Shown: in pieces, positions 38,587-52,900 of the stretch
Position numbering within the stretch: position 1 is the stretch's first letter
How the letters are laid out: each line of letters starts with the position of its first letter
Position numbers and translations under genes: made by a program
Notes under the pieces: generated by a model
Told to the model about the DNA's origin: nothing
The model's database searches: none
What the model saw: only the letters and a program-made list of their open reading frames with translations
Source of the DNA: Cyanophora paradoxa CCMP329
Lineage: Eukaryota > Plantae > Glaucophyta
NCBI GenBank assembly: GCA_004431415.1
Contig: QPMI01000059.1
Coordinates: forward strand, 124,001-188,000
Direction: 5' to 3'
DNA: 64,000 bases

Positions 38587-39353
38587 ATGCTTCGCCACAT
38601 TAGCTCCGGCATCCTCCGCCCGGTCGCGCGGGCGAGCGCGACATCGCGGGTCGCGGCCCTCGCGCCGCGTGCCGCCCGCTGCTACGCCGGTAAGCTGCCC
38701 GAGTTCTGCCCAGTCGGCCGCGTAAATCGGCCCGCGCCGCGGCTTCTGACCCCAGCCTGCCGAACCATGCCGCCTGCCGCGATCCCTGACCTCCGCCCGC
38801 CTCCCGAACGGCAGCGGCAGCGAAGTTCACCGAGACACATGAGTGGGTGAAGATCTCGGCGGACGGAACGGCGGCAGTCGGCATCACCGACTACGCCCAG
38901 ACCGCCCTCGGCGACATCGTCTACGTGGACCTGCCCGAGGTCGGCCGCACCCTGGCCAAGGGCGAGTCCTTCGGTGCGCGCAGCCTCCGTTCATCCCGCT
39001 TGCCCGCCCGCCCGCCGGCCCGCGCGTCCGCGGCCCGCCGCTCCGCCCGCCGACCGCGCGCCGCGCCGCGCCAGGCGCCGTGGAGTCGGTCAAGGCGGCG
39101 AGCGACGTCTACGCCCCCGTCGCGGGCACGGTCACCGCCGTCAACGAGAAGCTCAGGGACGACCCCGCGCTCGTCAACAAGTCCCCCGAGTCCGATGGCG
39201 CGCTCGCATCAGATTCTGAGTACTTGTTACAGAGCCGAAATCACCTAACCTCGTGTTTACGCAGGCTGGTTCATGAAGATCAAGGTGGCGAACCCCAAGG
39301 ACGTGGAGGCCCTCCTCGACAAGGCCGCCTACGACAAGAAGACCGCCGCGTGA
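38587..39353 (+). CDS. GCSH: Mitochondrial glycine cleavage system H protein (4 exons)
   Basis: R/A/S-rich presequence; [29 protein letters not shown]; [16 protein letters not shown] (lipoyl-Lys); [14 protein letters not shown]; TGA at 39351-39353. Confidence 0.95.
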
Positions 39354-39436
39354 TCGATTGCTGCACTTCTAATTTTGCTTTGGTTCTGTGCGCCGCGCTT
39401 CTTCTCTGTACAACTAGGAACATCATCAAAATGCTG

Positions 39437-41266
39437 CTAGCGCTTGTTCTTGAGGGCCTCAAGGCGACGCATGAGGTAGTCGTCCTCGCTCTCGCCGGGC
39501 AGGGGGGCGGAGGGGTCGGCGGGGGCGTCGGGGGCGGCCGCCGGGGGCGCGTCGGCGGGGGGCGGGGCCTGGGGAGGCGGGGGGGAGGGGGAGGAGTCCC
39601 GGGGGCCGGGGGCCACGGGCGGAGGGGCGGACGGGGCGTGGCCGGGGCCTGCGGAGGGGGCGGAGGCGGGGGCGCCGTAGCTGGGGGGGTTGAAGTGGCC
39701 TGAGGGCGGGCCCTGCAGAAGCGGATCAGGGCTGCGGGGGTACTGGAACGGGACGCGGAAGCGGGCTCGCCTGGGGCGCCGGGCCGGGTACGGGAGGCTC
39801 GCCGCCGACGTACATGTGTGGAGGGGGTACGGGCGGCTGGGCCGTGCCGGGCGGCCCAGCGAAGCCGGGGCCCGTTGACGGGGCGGCGGCCGGCGCTGCG
39901 AACGGAAGCTTTAGCGGATGCGACACGGGAAGAAACCTGGGGGTACGAGCGCACCGGCGAAGGGCCCGGTGGGGTACTGGACTGTGATCTGGCCGCTCGC
40001 GGCGTGCGATCCCTGAGGGCTTTCAATCGCTTGGATCAATTCCGCGGGCGGCTGCGGCGGAAGCGGAGGATTAGTTCAAGGCTTGGCAGCGAGTGCTCAG
40101 GCTGAAAAGCGGGGCATGTGAACCTGCCACTGGATCTTCTCCTCGCTAAGAAGAGCGAAGGGAAGGGAGCGTCAGGGGCGGCGGGGGGCGGACGGGCGGG
40201 CGCGGGGCAGGAGAGGGGTACGGCGCACGCGGCGATGTCGCCCAGGTACTGCAGCACGCGGAACATCTCCGGGGTACGGTAATTCACGCGGCTGTAGAGC
40301 TGCGCAGAGCGTGAGGCGGGGGCCGGGACGGGACTGGCGGGAGAGGAGCGTGGCGCCGCTAACCCTTGCCGAGACGCAGTTGTTCGAATTCCGCTCGCAC
40401 GCCTGCGGCGAAAGAAGCGACCGAGCGAGCGGACACACGTCAGCATCCGTTACTGGCGAGCAGATTTGATCCGGGGGTGGAACGTTTGATCCGCCGCGGG
40501 GGGTACCTCGCCAAAGTCCTTGCCGTACTTCGCTATGAGCTGCTCGCGGACCTCGCGCAGCTCCTCCACGTCAACCTGCACGCACGGTCGTAAATCCAAT
40601 GTACAGAAATGCATTCACAAGTTCGAAGCAGATTAGAGAAACTTGCCGCGGAGCCGCCGCGATCGGGCGGCGCCGGAGGGGACGAGGGGCGGGCCGAGGA
40701 CGGACCTTATTCGCGACGTAGATGAGGCTACAGACCGCTTCTTTGATCTCTTCTCTGAGCCTGGGCCGGCCGGGCGGGAGCAGTCACGCGCGGCGACGTC
40801 GACGGGCAGCTGCGATGGAGAAGAAAGAACGCACTCAGACTCGCTAAGGCAGTGGATGCGGGCGAGCAGGAGCTCGGCGAACAGCTCGACGAGCTCGAGC
40901 GCTGGGCCGGGGCGGGTCAGCTGGGGCTCAGCCTGACCCGCGCGCAGGCGAAGGCGCACCCTCCAGCATGCAGTCCTCCCTAATGACATGCTCCACGCGG
41001 ATCCTTGCGCTCTCCTCCTTCCGCTGCAGGAGCAGCGCTGCGATCTCCTTCCTGGCGACCTGCGCGCGCGTCAGGGACGCCCGGCACGCCCGCCTGGCGG
41101 CTACGTGGACCTTCTGCTGGTTGGACTTTTTGTTCTTCACGAGGCGCACGCGCCCGACGGCGAGCTTCAGGTGGACCTTCGTCTTGTCAAGGTCGAAGCG
41201 TTTGCCTGCTACCGTGTCATCGAAGCAGCTAACTAGAATGCGGGTGTACGTACCGAATAGACCCAT
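39437..41266 (-). CDS. IST1: IST1, ESCRT-III-associated Vps4 regulator (multi-exon)
   Basis: [68 protein letters not shown], Pro-rich tail and C-terminal [15 protein letters not shown] (MIM-like). Confidence 0.92.
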
Positions 41267-43907
41267 CCTCGCGTCGCGTGTCTTCGAACGTGCGTTTGCT
41301 TGCTGTGTGCCCTCAAGCGCGAGTTGCTACTTCTGCTGCGTCTGCTGCTTCTGACGGTGCTCCTGCTGTGTCTGCGGCGATGTTGGCGAGCCGGGCTGCG
41401 GCTCAAACACGTGTAGGACTGCTCGAGTCACCCCCTACCCGGCGCGCATGCCCGTACCCCACGGTTATCTATGCATGTACCCCTCTGTTTCAGTCCCTCT
41501 GTTCAATTTTTCGGGTGACGGGACGCTCGCGCGAATTCGAAGGTCCGGCCGGACTCGCGATCGCGGCCCCGATTCACGGGATCCGGAGCGTGTCCATCGA
41601 CTCCGCAGTGTCCGCACTGGGTACCGGTTTCCGGAAGTCTACTTGAGTTAAGTTGAGGATTGCGCATGCAGACTGTTGCGCAGCTAGGTGCCGGGCCACT
41701 GCCGGCCGCGGCTGCAGCTGCTGCGCCCGGCCAGCGCTGTACCGTACTACGGTAGTACGTACGTAGCCTGTAGCCTGTAGGACTAGCTATAGCGCGCGCG
41801 AGCAGGTAGATAAGGCTGCAGGATACAGCAGGCCCAGCAGGTACCTGTACCGCTGAGCAGCAGCGAATTTGCGCGGCGAGCGGCGTACGTCAGCGCGGCT
41901 CGCCCGCGAACATTCTGCGGTCCAGGCCGGCGTACGAGATCGCAGGCGGGGCTCGCAGCGAGTTCGCAGACGTATATTTATCGACGCGGCGCCGCGGCGC
42001 GGTACCGCGCGAAGGCGAAGGACAGTCGCAGATTGAAGCATTCCCATCCCAGCATCCGCTGCCGCTGTCATCCCAGCAGCGCCCGTGACAGCTGCAGCCG
42101 CCAAGTTGACGTCGGCACTGGTGCGTTCAAATGTGCTCGCGTCCACATGCGCACTGCGGCATCCGCCGTCGACGGGACGGGACGGGCGCACCGCAGACAT
42201 CGATCTGAACCGAATTCGAAGCCGCGCAAGCTGATCAGGCTCCTGCGCCCAGCGGGCGCGATTCAGCAGCGATGCCCTCGAACCTGTGTGCCTCTGTCTC
42301 CTCTCCCGAGGGCCCGGCGGCGGTCGCGGCCGGCCCAGGCCTTGAGCTCGAGGCGTCTCTGCCAAGGGACCTAAGGAGGTGCGCCCGAGCAGGCTCCAAT
42401 CTCTTTACAAGCGCGTCTGCTAGCTAAGAACGCCGCAGGGCCCTCGCGGATCGAGCGACGCCCTTCGCCGCCGCGGCCGCGCGGCTCCTTTCGGCCGCCT
42501 TTGGTGCCTGGGGCGCTGATCTGCTCCCGGCCCACTGGGACGGTTCGGCGGACGCTGTACCCCTCGCCTCGCACCGGGAGCCGGGCGCCGAGGGCCGCCC
42601 CTCCCCCCCCGTGCTCTCCAAAGGGGTACCAGCGGCCCGGCGCGCCCCCGCGACCGGCGCCGCGGCTTCTGGCCCGCCCGAACCGGTCGAGATTCTCGCG
42701 TCCGGTCCCGCGGCCCCCTGCGGCCTCTGCCTCGCCGCCGCCGCCGCCGCCGCGGACGACGGCGTACCCCCCTCCGCCCTGATCGCGGTGCGCACTTGCC
42801 CCCCCCCCCCACCCCCCATTCCCCCCATCCCCTTCGTTCGCAGCTCTACTTCGACGGGGAAGGGCCGCGGGAGCGGGCGGCGCGCTCGCCCCTCCTGTTG
42901 GAAGCCGCTGCCCTCGTCGCTGCCGGCATCGAAGGCGCGTGTACCCCCCGCCCTTCCCGCCTGTTTCTTCCCCCCCCCCCCCCCCCCCCCCCAATCTAAC
43001 TTGTACTCCCTCCGGCAGCCCGGCGGCCGTGCCCCCTCGAGGCCGTTGCCCGCGTGGTGCGCCGCTCGCACCAACACATGATTTGCTTCGGGGGGTACCG
43101 AGTTCGCGGGGGGGTACGCGTGCAGGTGCGGAGGGGATCGCACGATTTAGACTTGTTCGCGCGGGCAGCCGCTGCCGTCCGTGACTCACTCGGGGCCGCG
43201 CGGTGCGTAACCCGCTAGCGATGGCCTCGCGCGCCCTTACCCGCGCCCCTCACAACCGTACCCCCGCCCAGGTGTTGCATACTTGTCCAGGACGGGGATG
43301 CTGCGCCGACTCGCGCCCTGGGCTCCTCCCCCGCTGACGCGGGCTGCGCACTCCGACTGTCGGCCGACGTGCGCACCGCCCCCTCCCTCCTTCCCCCCCC
43401 CCTCCGCCCCCCCCCCCCCCCTCTGCCCCCCGGCTTCTCCCCTCTCACCCCTCCCCCCCCTTTTTCCCCCCTATGTCTTCGGTTCCGAACTGTCTTCCAC
43501 CTCATCATTTCGTGTCCCGCAGACCTGGGAGGATTTGCGGCGCGGGGCTCGATTCCGGGAAGGCCCCGTTCTCGCAGTACCCATCCGGCACCGCGGCCGC
43601 CTTCTCGGTACCCCCCTCTCCGCCGCAGCGCCTGCTCGTAGCCCAAGGCGCCCCGCTCACTAACGGGCGGCAGGCGCGCTGGTGGCCGAGGGGGTACAGG
43701 GCCGGCCGCTGGAAGGGGAGCTGGAAGAGGCTATGGCGTCCTGCGCGTGGGGCCTCGCCGCAGCCGTTCGCGACCTCGACTGGGGCCCCGCCGGCGCCGC
43801 CGCCCGCCGAGAGACTCCGGTGCGCATTTTCAATCTCACATCAGCCTGCGCCTTCGATCTCAGCAACCGTACCCCTCCCCGCCGCTCACCGTGGCACTGT
43901 ACCCCAG

Positions 43908-46900
43908 GGACCCGAGCCATTCTGGGAGGCTCCGCAGGACGAGGTGCGCCCGCCTCGCCCCCCCCCCTCCCCGTCGTCCCTGTACCCCCGCTCACCGTCT
44001 CGCGCCGCTGTACCCCCAGATCTCCCGCTCCTACCGGCTCTTGGCTGGCATAACGCGCGAGCTAAACACAGTGCTCAACACCGCCGACCTGGACGCTAGG
44101 TGGGACTCGATTTTCGGATCCTGAAGGAGAAGCGATGCTCTTTCAATCCGCTCTTCTTTCTAACCTGGTAGAGGGCAGCCTGCGGATGGTGTGCGACGCG
44201 TTCAGCGCCGAGCGCGTCTTCGTGTACAAGCTCGTGGATCAGGTAGCTAAATATATAAAGCCCTTTCGCTTCCGTCTGTTGTTGTGTATCTGAAAGGCTG
44301 ATGTAGCTGCGATCTAATTATAGCCCGACCACGCGCAGGACGAAGCGGGCGGCTCGGCGCTGAATTCGCCGCGCCCGGGCCCGGGCCAGGGCCCGCGCTC
44401 CGGCGCCCCCGTACCCGTCGCCGAGTACCTCACCTCACCTGACCTCCCCTCCCACAAGCTGGTGCGCATAAATAGTCGTAGAAGTATAGTAGCGCATAAA
44501 TATGCATAGCCAGCAGAAGTATAGTAGGTCGGCCGGGCCCTAGCCATAGTAGGACTGGAAGCGCAAAAATATTAACTCTGTGACCGCGTAATCACGTAAC
44601 CGACTCGCGATCGACGTAAACGTTGGCGGCAGATCCCATCGGAACCGGAGGACGCTATCCCCCTGATCGGCCACCTTGTCACAAACTTCTCGTGCTCGGG
44701 CGCGCCCCTTCTTCTTCTTCGTCTCCTTCTTGAGCTTGCCTGGGCCAGGCCTGCTGCGGGCAGGGCTCAGCCTGGCAGTCGTCCTTAAGCTTACTCGCCG
44801 ACTTCGAATTTGATTTGCGCAGTGCGGAACGTCGCTCTCTTTCCAGACGTGCAGGTGCTTAAGCTTTGATATCTTCTTCTTGTAAAATCTCCTAGTACTA
44901 GTTAGAACGTGATTCAGTTTTCAGTCGACTTCATTCATCTGCTACTTTGAATTCTAACTGGCCGCCGCAGACCTTCGTGGCTACGAGCCCGCTCGTAACG
45001 GACTCGATGCGGCGACGGGCGGCCGCCGCCCGCACGCGCTCGTCGCTCCTCGCGCTCTGCGTCTTCTCCGGTACCCCCGTCGGTGCGTGCGGCAGATCTA
45101 GAACGTGATTCGAACTCTAGCCTTTCTTAAGCGACTTCCCTCGTCGTCTTCCGAGGTAGAAACCTCAAGCTAGATCTAGAGCCCTCTGCTTCCCAGAAGC
45201 TGTCAACATATCTCTCTTCGCCCTATCCGCTGCCTCCTAAGCTCGCCTGCGCCCCCAGCCCGAGCTGAAATGCCGTGGAACTGGTTTAATCTATACAGCT
45301 AGCCTTTTTCTAGTGAACGTTTTCCGTCATCGCCTGGCTCACAGCCGATGAAGCTTTAGCTTTAGCCAAGTTGAACAAAGCTAGAGCCCCCTTTTTCCTC
45401 CCAATCTATATATATATCCGCTACCTTCGTCCGCTCGAGCTGAAACGAGCCGGCGGCCGGCGCCGCGGCCGGCGGCAGGCTACCTCGGGGTGGAGACGGT
45501 GACGGCGCTGGCGGACTGGCGGCTCCCGGTGGAGGGCGAGCTACTCCGCCGCGTCGCCGAGGCCTTCGGCGTGGTGCGCTCGAGTCTAACTAAATTTTGT
45601 AACTATAAGCTGCGATTATAGATGAGATCTAGATTCAAGCTCCAAGCTCAGATTCAAGCTGCAACCTAGAAGCTTCCAGCCTGATTATATCTGAGATTCG
45701 AGCTATAATTATAAGCTATACGCAAAAAAGCGATTGCGAGCTGATCCGCTGCGCCACGGAGGCGCCGGCCTTCGTCGAGGAAAATCTAAGCTCAAGCTAC
45801 GATCTTAGCTGCAAGCGGCAGGCTGTAATCCAAGCTAAGATGTGAGCTATAAGAAAAAGAAATCAAATGAAGCTAATCTAAGAAATTAGGAAGCGGCGCC
45901 GACGAGGTGCTTGGCCTAGGCCTGGTACTTTTAATTATAACTATTACGCCATTACAATTATCTGACCTTCCGCTTCGATTCCGCTTTCGGCGCAGGCGAT
46001 CGCGCACGCGCGTCTCTTCGAGCAGCACCGGGATCAGGTTCTGCTCTAATAAGATTCTGATAAGACTCTAATATGCTAGCTTGTGATTCCAATAAGACTC
46101 TAATATGCTAGTTTGTGATTCCAATAAGACTCTAATATGCTAGTTTGTTATTCTAATAAGATTCGAGCAGAACCTGACGCTGGGGCGCAAGCTGCTGGAG
46201 CAGAGCCTGATGGCGCGGCTGGGCCACGAGATCAACGTCTGCTCGGGCATCCACGGCCTCTTCGACCGCTGGTTAGCTAGCTTAAGCTTAAGCTTCCAGG
46301 ACTCTTTCTTCACGGAGATGAAGCTAAAGACGCTTAAGCTTGAGCTCGGCTTCGAAGAAGAAGGGAACTCCGACGTTTTTTAACGCCCCGCCGCTCACTG
46401 CCATAACTGCAGCGCGGAGCTCGTCTGTATACGTAAGACATTAGATATTCGATCCATGACTCTTCCTCGAAGCTTAAGACATTATTCGATCCATGACTCT
46501 CTCGAAACTTATAATTTAGATTCTTAAGCTTCCCCGAAGCTAAGATAAAGAAGAGTGCTTGAGCTTCCGATTCCATCACACCGGCCGGCGCTCACTATTA
46601 CATTGCGGCCGCAGCGCGGAGCTCGTCTGTCAGTACTTCTCCGCGACGCGCATGGCCATGGTGGAGTTCATCGAGTTCCCGGACGTCATGGGGCAGAAGT
46701 CCGCCGTTTCTCTCTTTCTGAAGCTTTGATTTCCTCAAATTAAAGATTTCGACAATCGGCTGTTCAACGTTGCTAATCATACATGTTCGCGTTGCGTTTT
46801 TCGCGTCTCAGATTCGACTACAACTTCGCGGAGATCGGCGCGGTCCGGGGCCAATTGACGCCCGAGCTCTTCCGGGGTCTCCTCGTGGCCTGCGAGAAGA

Positions 46901-49900
46901 GCCCAAGTGCGCCAATTCTAATTAAGAATACATCCGATTCACGGCCTGTCTGCAATATGGTTCTAATAAGATTAGTGGCCGGTAATTCACCAAAAAACAA
47001 TATGGTTCTAATAAGATTCTAGTATGCTGATTCTAGTAGATCTAATTGGCGCCTCGCGGTCAGACGGGGTCTACCTGCGAATCGGGCCGGAGCTCGGCGC
47101 CAACATAACAGACGAGATGAGGAAGAACAGGTTAAACAGGTTCTCGATGCTAACATTGTTTATACAATATATGCGCATGCCCTCGCGAGCCTCCGGCCAA
47201 TATCCGCGCTGGATATTAATCGCTGTTTCTCGCGCATCGTGACCCGTAATAGCCAAGCTGTCATGATTTCTCCAACATCTTTCAACGGCACTATCAACGG
47301 TGCCATCAGCATTCTCGGTCGCGCTTTCTGAAATTCGCTCTACCGCTAATGCACGCGTACGCATGTGGGCAGGCATGCTGTCCATAGAGCGTGTGGAACG
47401 AGAGGCAGACTGGGGGGAGGCAGAGACTGGCCTTGTTCGACGCATCGCCGAGGCGCGTGCGAGCGCGCGCGCGCGCGCGCGCGCGTGCCCGTGCCCGGCC
47501 CGCGCGCCGCCCAGAAGCAAAGCGTAATTATAAGCTTCCCGGCACTAACGATCGTTTTTCTTTTTCCTCTCCGCAGGCGATCGGAACGGCCATGGCGCAC
47601 GGCCGCATGCAGGTCAGCACGTGCACTGATATTGACATTGCCAGGCGCGCCGCTGACGCGACCCCCCCCCCCCCCCTTCCCCCCTCCCCCCCGCAGGAGA
47701 AAATAGCGCAGCAGAACGCAACGCTGCAGCGCGAAGTCCGCGACAAGGCGAGCCAAGCCAAGCCGCGGCCTTTTTAAAATGGCTGCCTTGAGCTCTTCCT
47801 TGTGTAAATCACCTTAGCTCTAGACTCTGAGATCTGGCCGTACGTACATAGATGCACGCGTCCGCGTTCCCTTATGCGCCACATGTGCTCGTCTCTCCCT
47901 TGGCCGTGGCCTTCCTGCGCAGTTTCGGCAGCTCGAGCTTGCTCTTACCCAGAGCGACCCAACCGCAGGACCTGCTCCAGGGCATCGTTCGCGAGATCTC
48001 ACAGGTGCGCTCGCGCACGAATTCGAGAAATCAGCTCTCATTTCGATGCTTACGTCGCGATCGTCTTTTTCATCCAGGACGTCGGCGCCACCCTCGAGCA
48101 GATCCTCGCCCGCACGTGCGCCGACGCTGCCCTGTATAGAATCCCTCGCGGTCCGGTGCTAGTCTAAATAAGAAACTCGCCCCCCCCCACCCCACCGGGT
48201 ACCCCCCACCCCCCTGCCATGAACGTTGCGAGGCTCGAGCTCGCCCCCCCCCCCCCCCCCCCCCCCCAAATCCAACATCCAACTCGCCCCAGCGCGGAGC
48301 TGGTAGGGCGGGCATTCGGCGTTCAGCGCTGCTGCGTCTGGCTCCACGATGACCGGTTCGAATAATCCGACGGGATCTCGATTCCATTCCGATAATCATA
48401 ACGTTAACGAAACGTGTCTTTCGTAACAGGAACCGAGACGCGGCGAGCATGCCGCCGCCCACGGTCGTGTGGAAGGCGCGGGACGACATCCAGACGGCGA
48501 GCCCCGTCCTCCTCCCTCTCCCCCGTCTTCTTATGGACGAAGCCTGTCTGCGTACAGGCCGAGGGAATGCTTGACCTGTCCGCCGTCCGAGCAATGAAGG
48601 ACGCCGTTGCTCGCAGCCCAGGTCCTGCTTATATCCTCTATATATATTTATGTGCTTCGCATCGAAATGTACGCTTCCTTTGCAGACGGCGTCCTGTGCA
48701 TGTCGGACGTCAAGGAGGCGATACGGGCGGCCGCGGTGGGGACGCCCTGGGGCTCCTCCATCGAAGGGTTCCTCGCCCAGGTCCGAGTCGGCACGCCCCT
48801 TCAGTCTCCTTTAAACGATGGTCTCCTTGAATTTTATAACGAAGTTTAACGGCTTCTTCAACCGAATTTCTCCGACATTATCTCCTTGAGACGATAATCT
48901 CCTTGAAGTTTATGACGACGTCAACGGCTTCTTCAGACGTCGGCGCTAAAGATAATTCATGTAGCGTGACCTGCGACGCAGTTGCCGACGAAGTCGAGCA
49001 TGACCACCTTCTTCACGTTTCGCGGCCGGATGGAAGGTGCCGTCGGTTACTAACGGCTCCGTCGGTTACTAACGGATGTCGGTTACAAACGGCCGCGCCC
49101 GTCGGTTACTAACGGCCGTGACGCTCAGGCGTCATCACCGTGGAGATGCTGGACGAGCATCGGGAGTGGTCCCGAGACGAGGCGCTGCTCCTCCGCCAAG
49201 TCGCCGACCACTGCGCGGTGCGCTTTTTATTTCAGTATGAACGTCTCTTTATGAACTTTCACCCGTTTCGCTGCAATATCTGCATTAGACGCCATTGCAA
49301 TGTCTAGCACACATACATATGCATGCACCTCCGCGCGACGCCTATAGTTAGCTTGTTCGAGCTTCAGCTTACCCTGCTCTGCAAACGCCGGCCGCGGGCC
49401 CCTCGCTTGCCCGTCTTCTGATCCTCACCTGCGCTCGTGATCAGATGGCGGTTGCGCACGGGCGGGTGCTGGAGGCGTACCGCGAGCAGAACGCCGCGCT
49501 CGAGCGGCAGCTGCTCCACTCCGGCCTGCTCGAGGCCGTGCGTTCGAATCCCGGTCGATCCCGACCCCAACTGCTTTCTAGCATTGCTTAATATCAAAGC
49601 CTTTGTGTGAGGTTCGACCGTCGGTTTCCCCGCCCCCAGATCACGAAGGAGGTGCACCAGGTCCTGAGCGTCGACGAGGTCTTTCAGACGAGCGTCGGCC
49701 TGCTCCGCGACGCCTTCAAGTGCTCCCGGGTGCGCTTCTACTGTTTCGCTGCATCCAACCTGATTGCGCCGCTGCGTCCGACCTTGCAATTGTATATTCT
49801 GCCGCTGCATCCGCTGGGAGATCTAGATGCTATATAGCATATTTCTGCTGCACCCACCCGATCGCGATCGCGATCTCTAGCCGGATTCGAGTCTCTCCCA

Positions 49901-52900
49901 TTCTACCGCCGCGACCGCGACCGCCGTGCTTGAATGATCTCTAACGTATGTTGCGGCCCGGCCCGCCACGCCCGGCCACGCCACGCCAGGTGCGGATGAC
50001 GAGCATCGAGGACTTCACGCTGGAGGCCATCGCGTGGAGCGAGGAGCTGGGCGACCCCGGCCAGCCCGCCGGGGCCGCCGCCCCCGCCGGTGCGCGCGCG
50101 CAAGTTCGGGATCGATCGACGTTTCGGGATCGATCGACATTTCGGGATCGATCGACGTTTCGGGATCGATCGACATTTCGGGATCGATCGCGGAAGGGAT
50201 CGCGCAGCCGCGCGCGCGCGCGCGCCTAGATTAGATCTCTGTCTCGCGATCGCGTCTAGATCTCTTCCGTGCTTCCAGTTGCTGAAAAACTTCGGAAGTC
50301 GGTTTAGTGGGTTAAAGAAATGCATAATTCTTTTGGACTCCAGTAGCAGCTGTAGCAGAAAGAGCTAACTCTAGATCTCAACCATTCCGCTCCGGATCCC
50401 ATTCTTCCGTGCCGCCTTTTCAAGACCGCTGTTTCTAGCCCTTTTCGCACGAGATTGCGGCCTGACTCCTCTGGCGCCGTGCGCGCTTTCCGCAGCTATG
50501 GCGCCGCCGGACCCCGCCAAGCTCCAGGCGTACCAGCGCGCCATCGTGGCCTTCGCCGGTGCACTTGGTTTTCGAATTCCCGAATATTTCCGCGGCCGCG
50601 GGAGTCTGCTCCGTTTCCGAGTTGGCGCGTCGCCCGCGTTCGTTCGCAGAGACACTCGCGGGCGAGTTCGAGCGGCTGCAGGCCGTCATCGCCGTGAATG
50701 AAGTCGCCAACGTGAGCGTTTTGAAAGTTTATGTTAACGCTTTATATGTTTCTTTAATAAAAGTGATGCTAACGACAATGAGCTTGTCTTTCTAGTTCAA
50801 GGAGGATTACGCCAGGGCGGGCATACACAACCCGTTCTTCCTTCGGATGGTGGAAGAGACCTTCACTCGCATCCACGCCAAGTCCTTCCTCTGCGCCGTG
50901 CGCATCTTCTATGCTCGCGCAATTAAACCGACAATTCAAGATGGTAAATTGTGATCGCAGTTTACGTCGTTCCGCGGCAAGGCGAACGGTTCGTCGGCTG
51001 GCGCTGTCGGCTGCTCCTGTACGACCCATATATAACGTTAACACTGACGCTGTTCGCGCATTCGCATTTGCAGGTGTCATTGTCGTTTCTCAGATCGACC
51101 GACAGCGGACGTGGACGGCCGACGAGATTCGCCTCATGCAGACCGTCGCGGAGCAGGCGCGCCCGCCCTCCCGCCCGCCCGCCCGCTCGAAGTTCGGGAT
51201 CGACCGACGATTCGGGATCGACCGACAGATCGGAATCGCCATCGCGCAGTCCCAGCTCCTGGCGCAGGAGCAGCGGCAGCGCGAGCTGCTCGCCCAGCAG
51301 GTCCGATCCGCTCGTATCTCATTTAATTTGGACCCGCGCGCGCGGCTCGCGCCGTCTTGCAGCTGCGTCCGCCTGATGTCCTTGCTAGAATGTTGCACTG
51401 GAAGGGGCGAGGACGGCGGCGGACGCGGCGAGCCGCGCCAAGAGCCAGTTCCTCGCCATGGTCCCTGTCCCCCACATACAAATGTGCTCCAACGCTGATC
51501 GTGCATCGACGGCGTGCGCGCACGCCAGATATCGCACGAAATCCGGACGCCGATGAACGCGCTGTGCAACATGAGCGAGTTCCTGCTCGACACGGAGCTC
51601 TCCCCGCAGCAGCGCGAGTTCACCTCCACCATCCACGTGCGCACGCGTTCGTCCGCCGTAGGCCGTCGCATAGAAGCGTAGCTGGAACGCGCCTCGGTTG
51701 GAGTACGAGCTAGCGTGCGCATTTAGAGAACTAGACTGTCCATGTGCGTGCTTATAATTATGCTTGCGCCGTCGCGGGTTTTAACACGTAACATGCAACA
51801 TCGCGAGCACCGATATCACGCGTTCTTTCTTCACTTGATCTATATTATATATGTCACGAAAGAGTAGCTAGCGTGCGCATCTAGAGAACTTGACTCCACG
51901 TGCGGGCCCCGTTTTATGAGTGCGAGCCCCAAATTCAACGAACTGCGCCCGCCGCAGACGTCGTCGCTGGCGCTGCTGAACATCCTCAACGACATCCTCG
52001 ACGCCTCCCGCCTCGAGTACGACCGGGTGCGATCCGATCCGATCCGTTTATAGATATATAGATAGATATATAGATAGATAGCTATAGGTCTAGAGAGACG
52101 ATTATGCCCCTGACTACGACTACGTGATCTTATATAATGTTGCGACTGCGACTTTTAGAAACGAGGCCCGGCCCTGAGGCTTTAGATCCTTTAGACATCC
52201 TCGACGCCTCCCGCCTCAAGTACGACCGCGTGCGCCCGAGCCCGAGCCCGGCGCCTCAATTGCAAGATCCGATCCGTTCATCACTTTTAAAAAGGCTTGA
52301 TCTTTAAGTGTTTGCTCCGATCCTTCTAGATCCAGATCAGATCCGCCTAAAAGCTTGCCGAGTGCAAAGCGCTGCCCTTACTTCAGCCGAGTGCAAAGCG
52401 CTGCTCTTTTCTCGCGACCGTCCCTGTACATGTGCTGAGCGCTCGGAGCGCGCAGGTTCAGATCCGGCGGGCACCCTTTCCCTTCCCCAAGCTGCTGGAA
52501 CAGGTGCGCCGAGCCGCGGAATCGAAGGGGCGGCGCGACAAGAAGCTTCAGCGATCAAGCTTTAGCGAACTTTAACAATGAAGAAGCTTCAGCGAAGCTG
52601 AAGGTCGAACTTTAACAATGTAGATCAGCTTCAAGTATGATCAAGATTTAGGACTAGACTAGTGATCACGATCGACTCTCGGCGGAGAGCCGCGGAAGGA
52701 AGGGGCGGCGCGGCGGAGACGGCGCTGCTCCCGATCGCGAAGGCGAAGTTCTCGACCGATCCGACCTCGCCTCAGGTTGTCGAGCTGATGGCCCCCTCCG
52801 CTTTCCAAAAGGTACTTTACATACATAAGCTAAACTTATATTCAGCTAACTTATTATTAACTCATCGACTATGTATACCCTTAGCTTACGTGTACATTCC

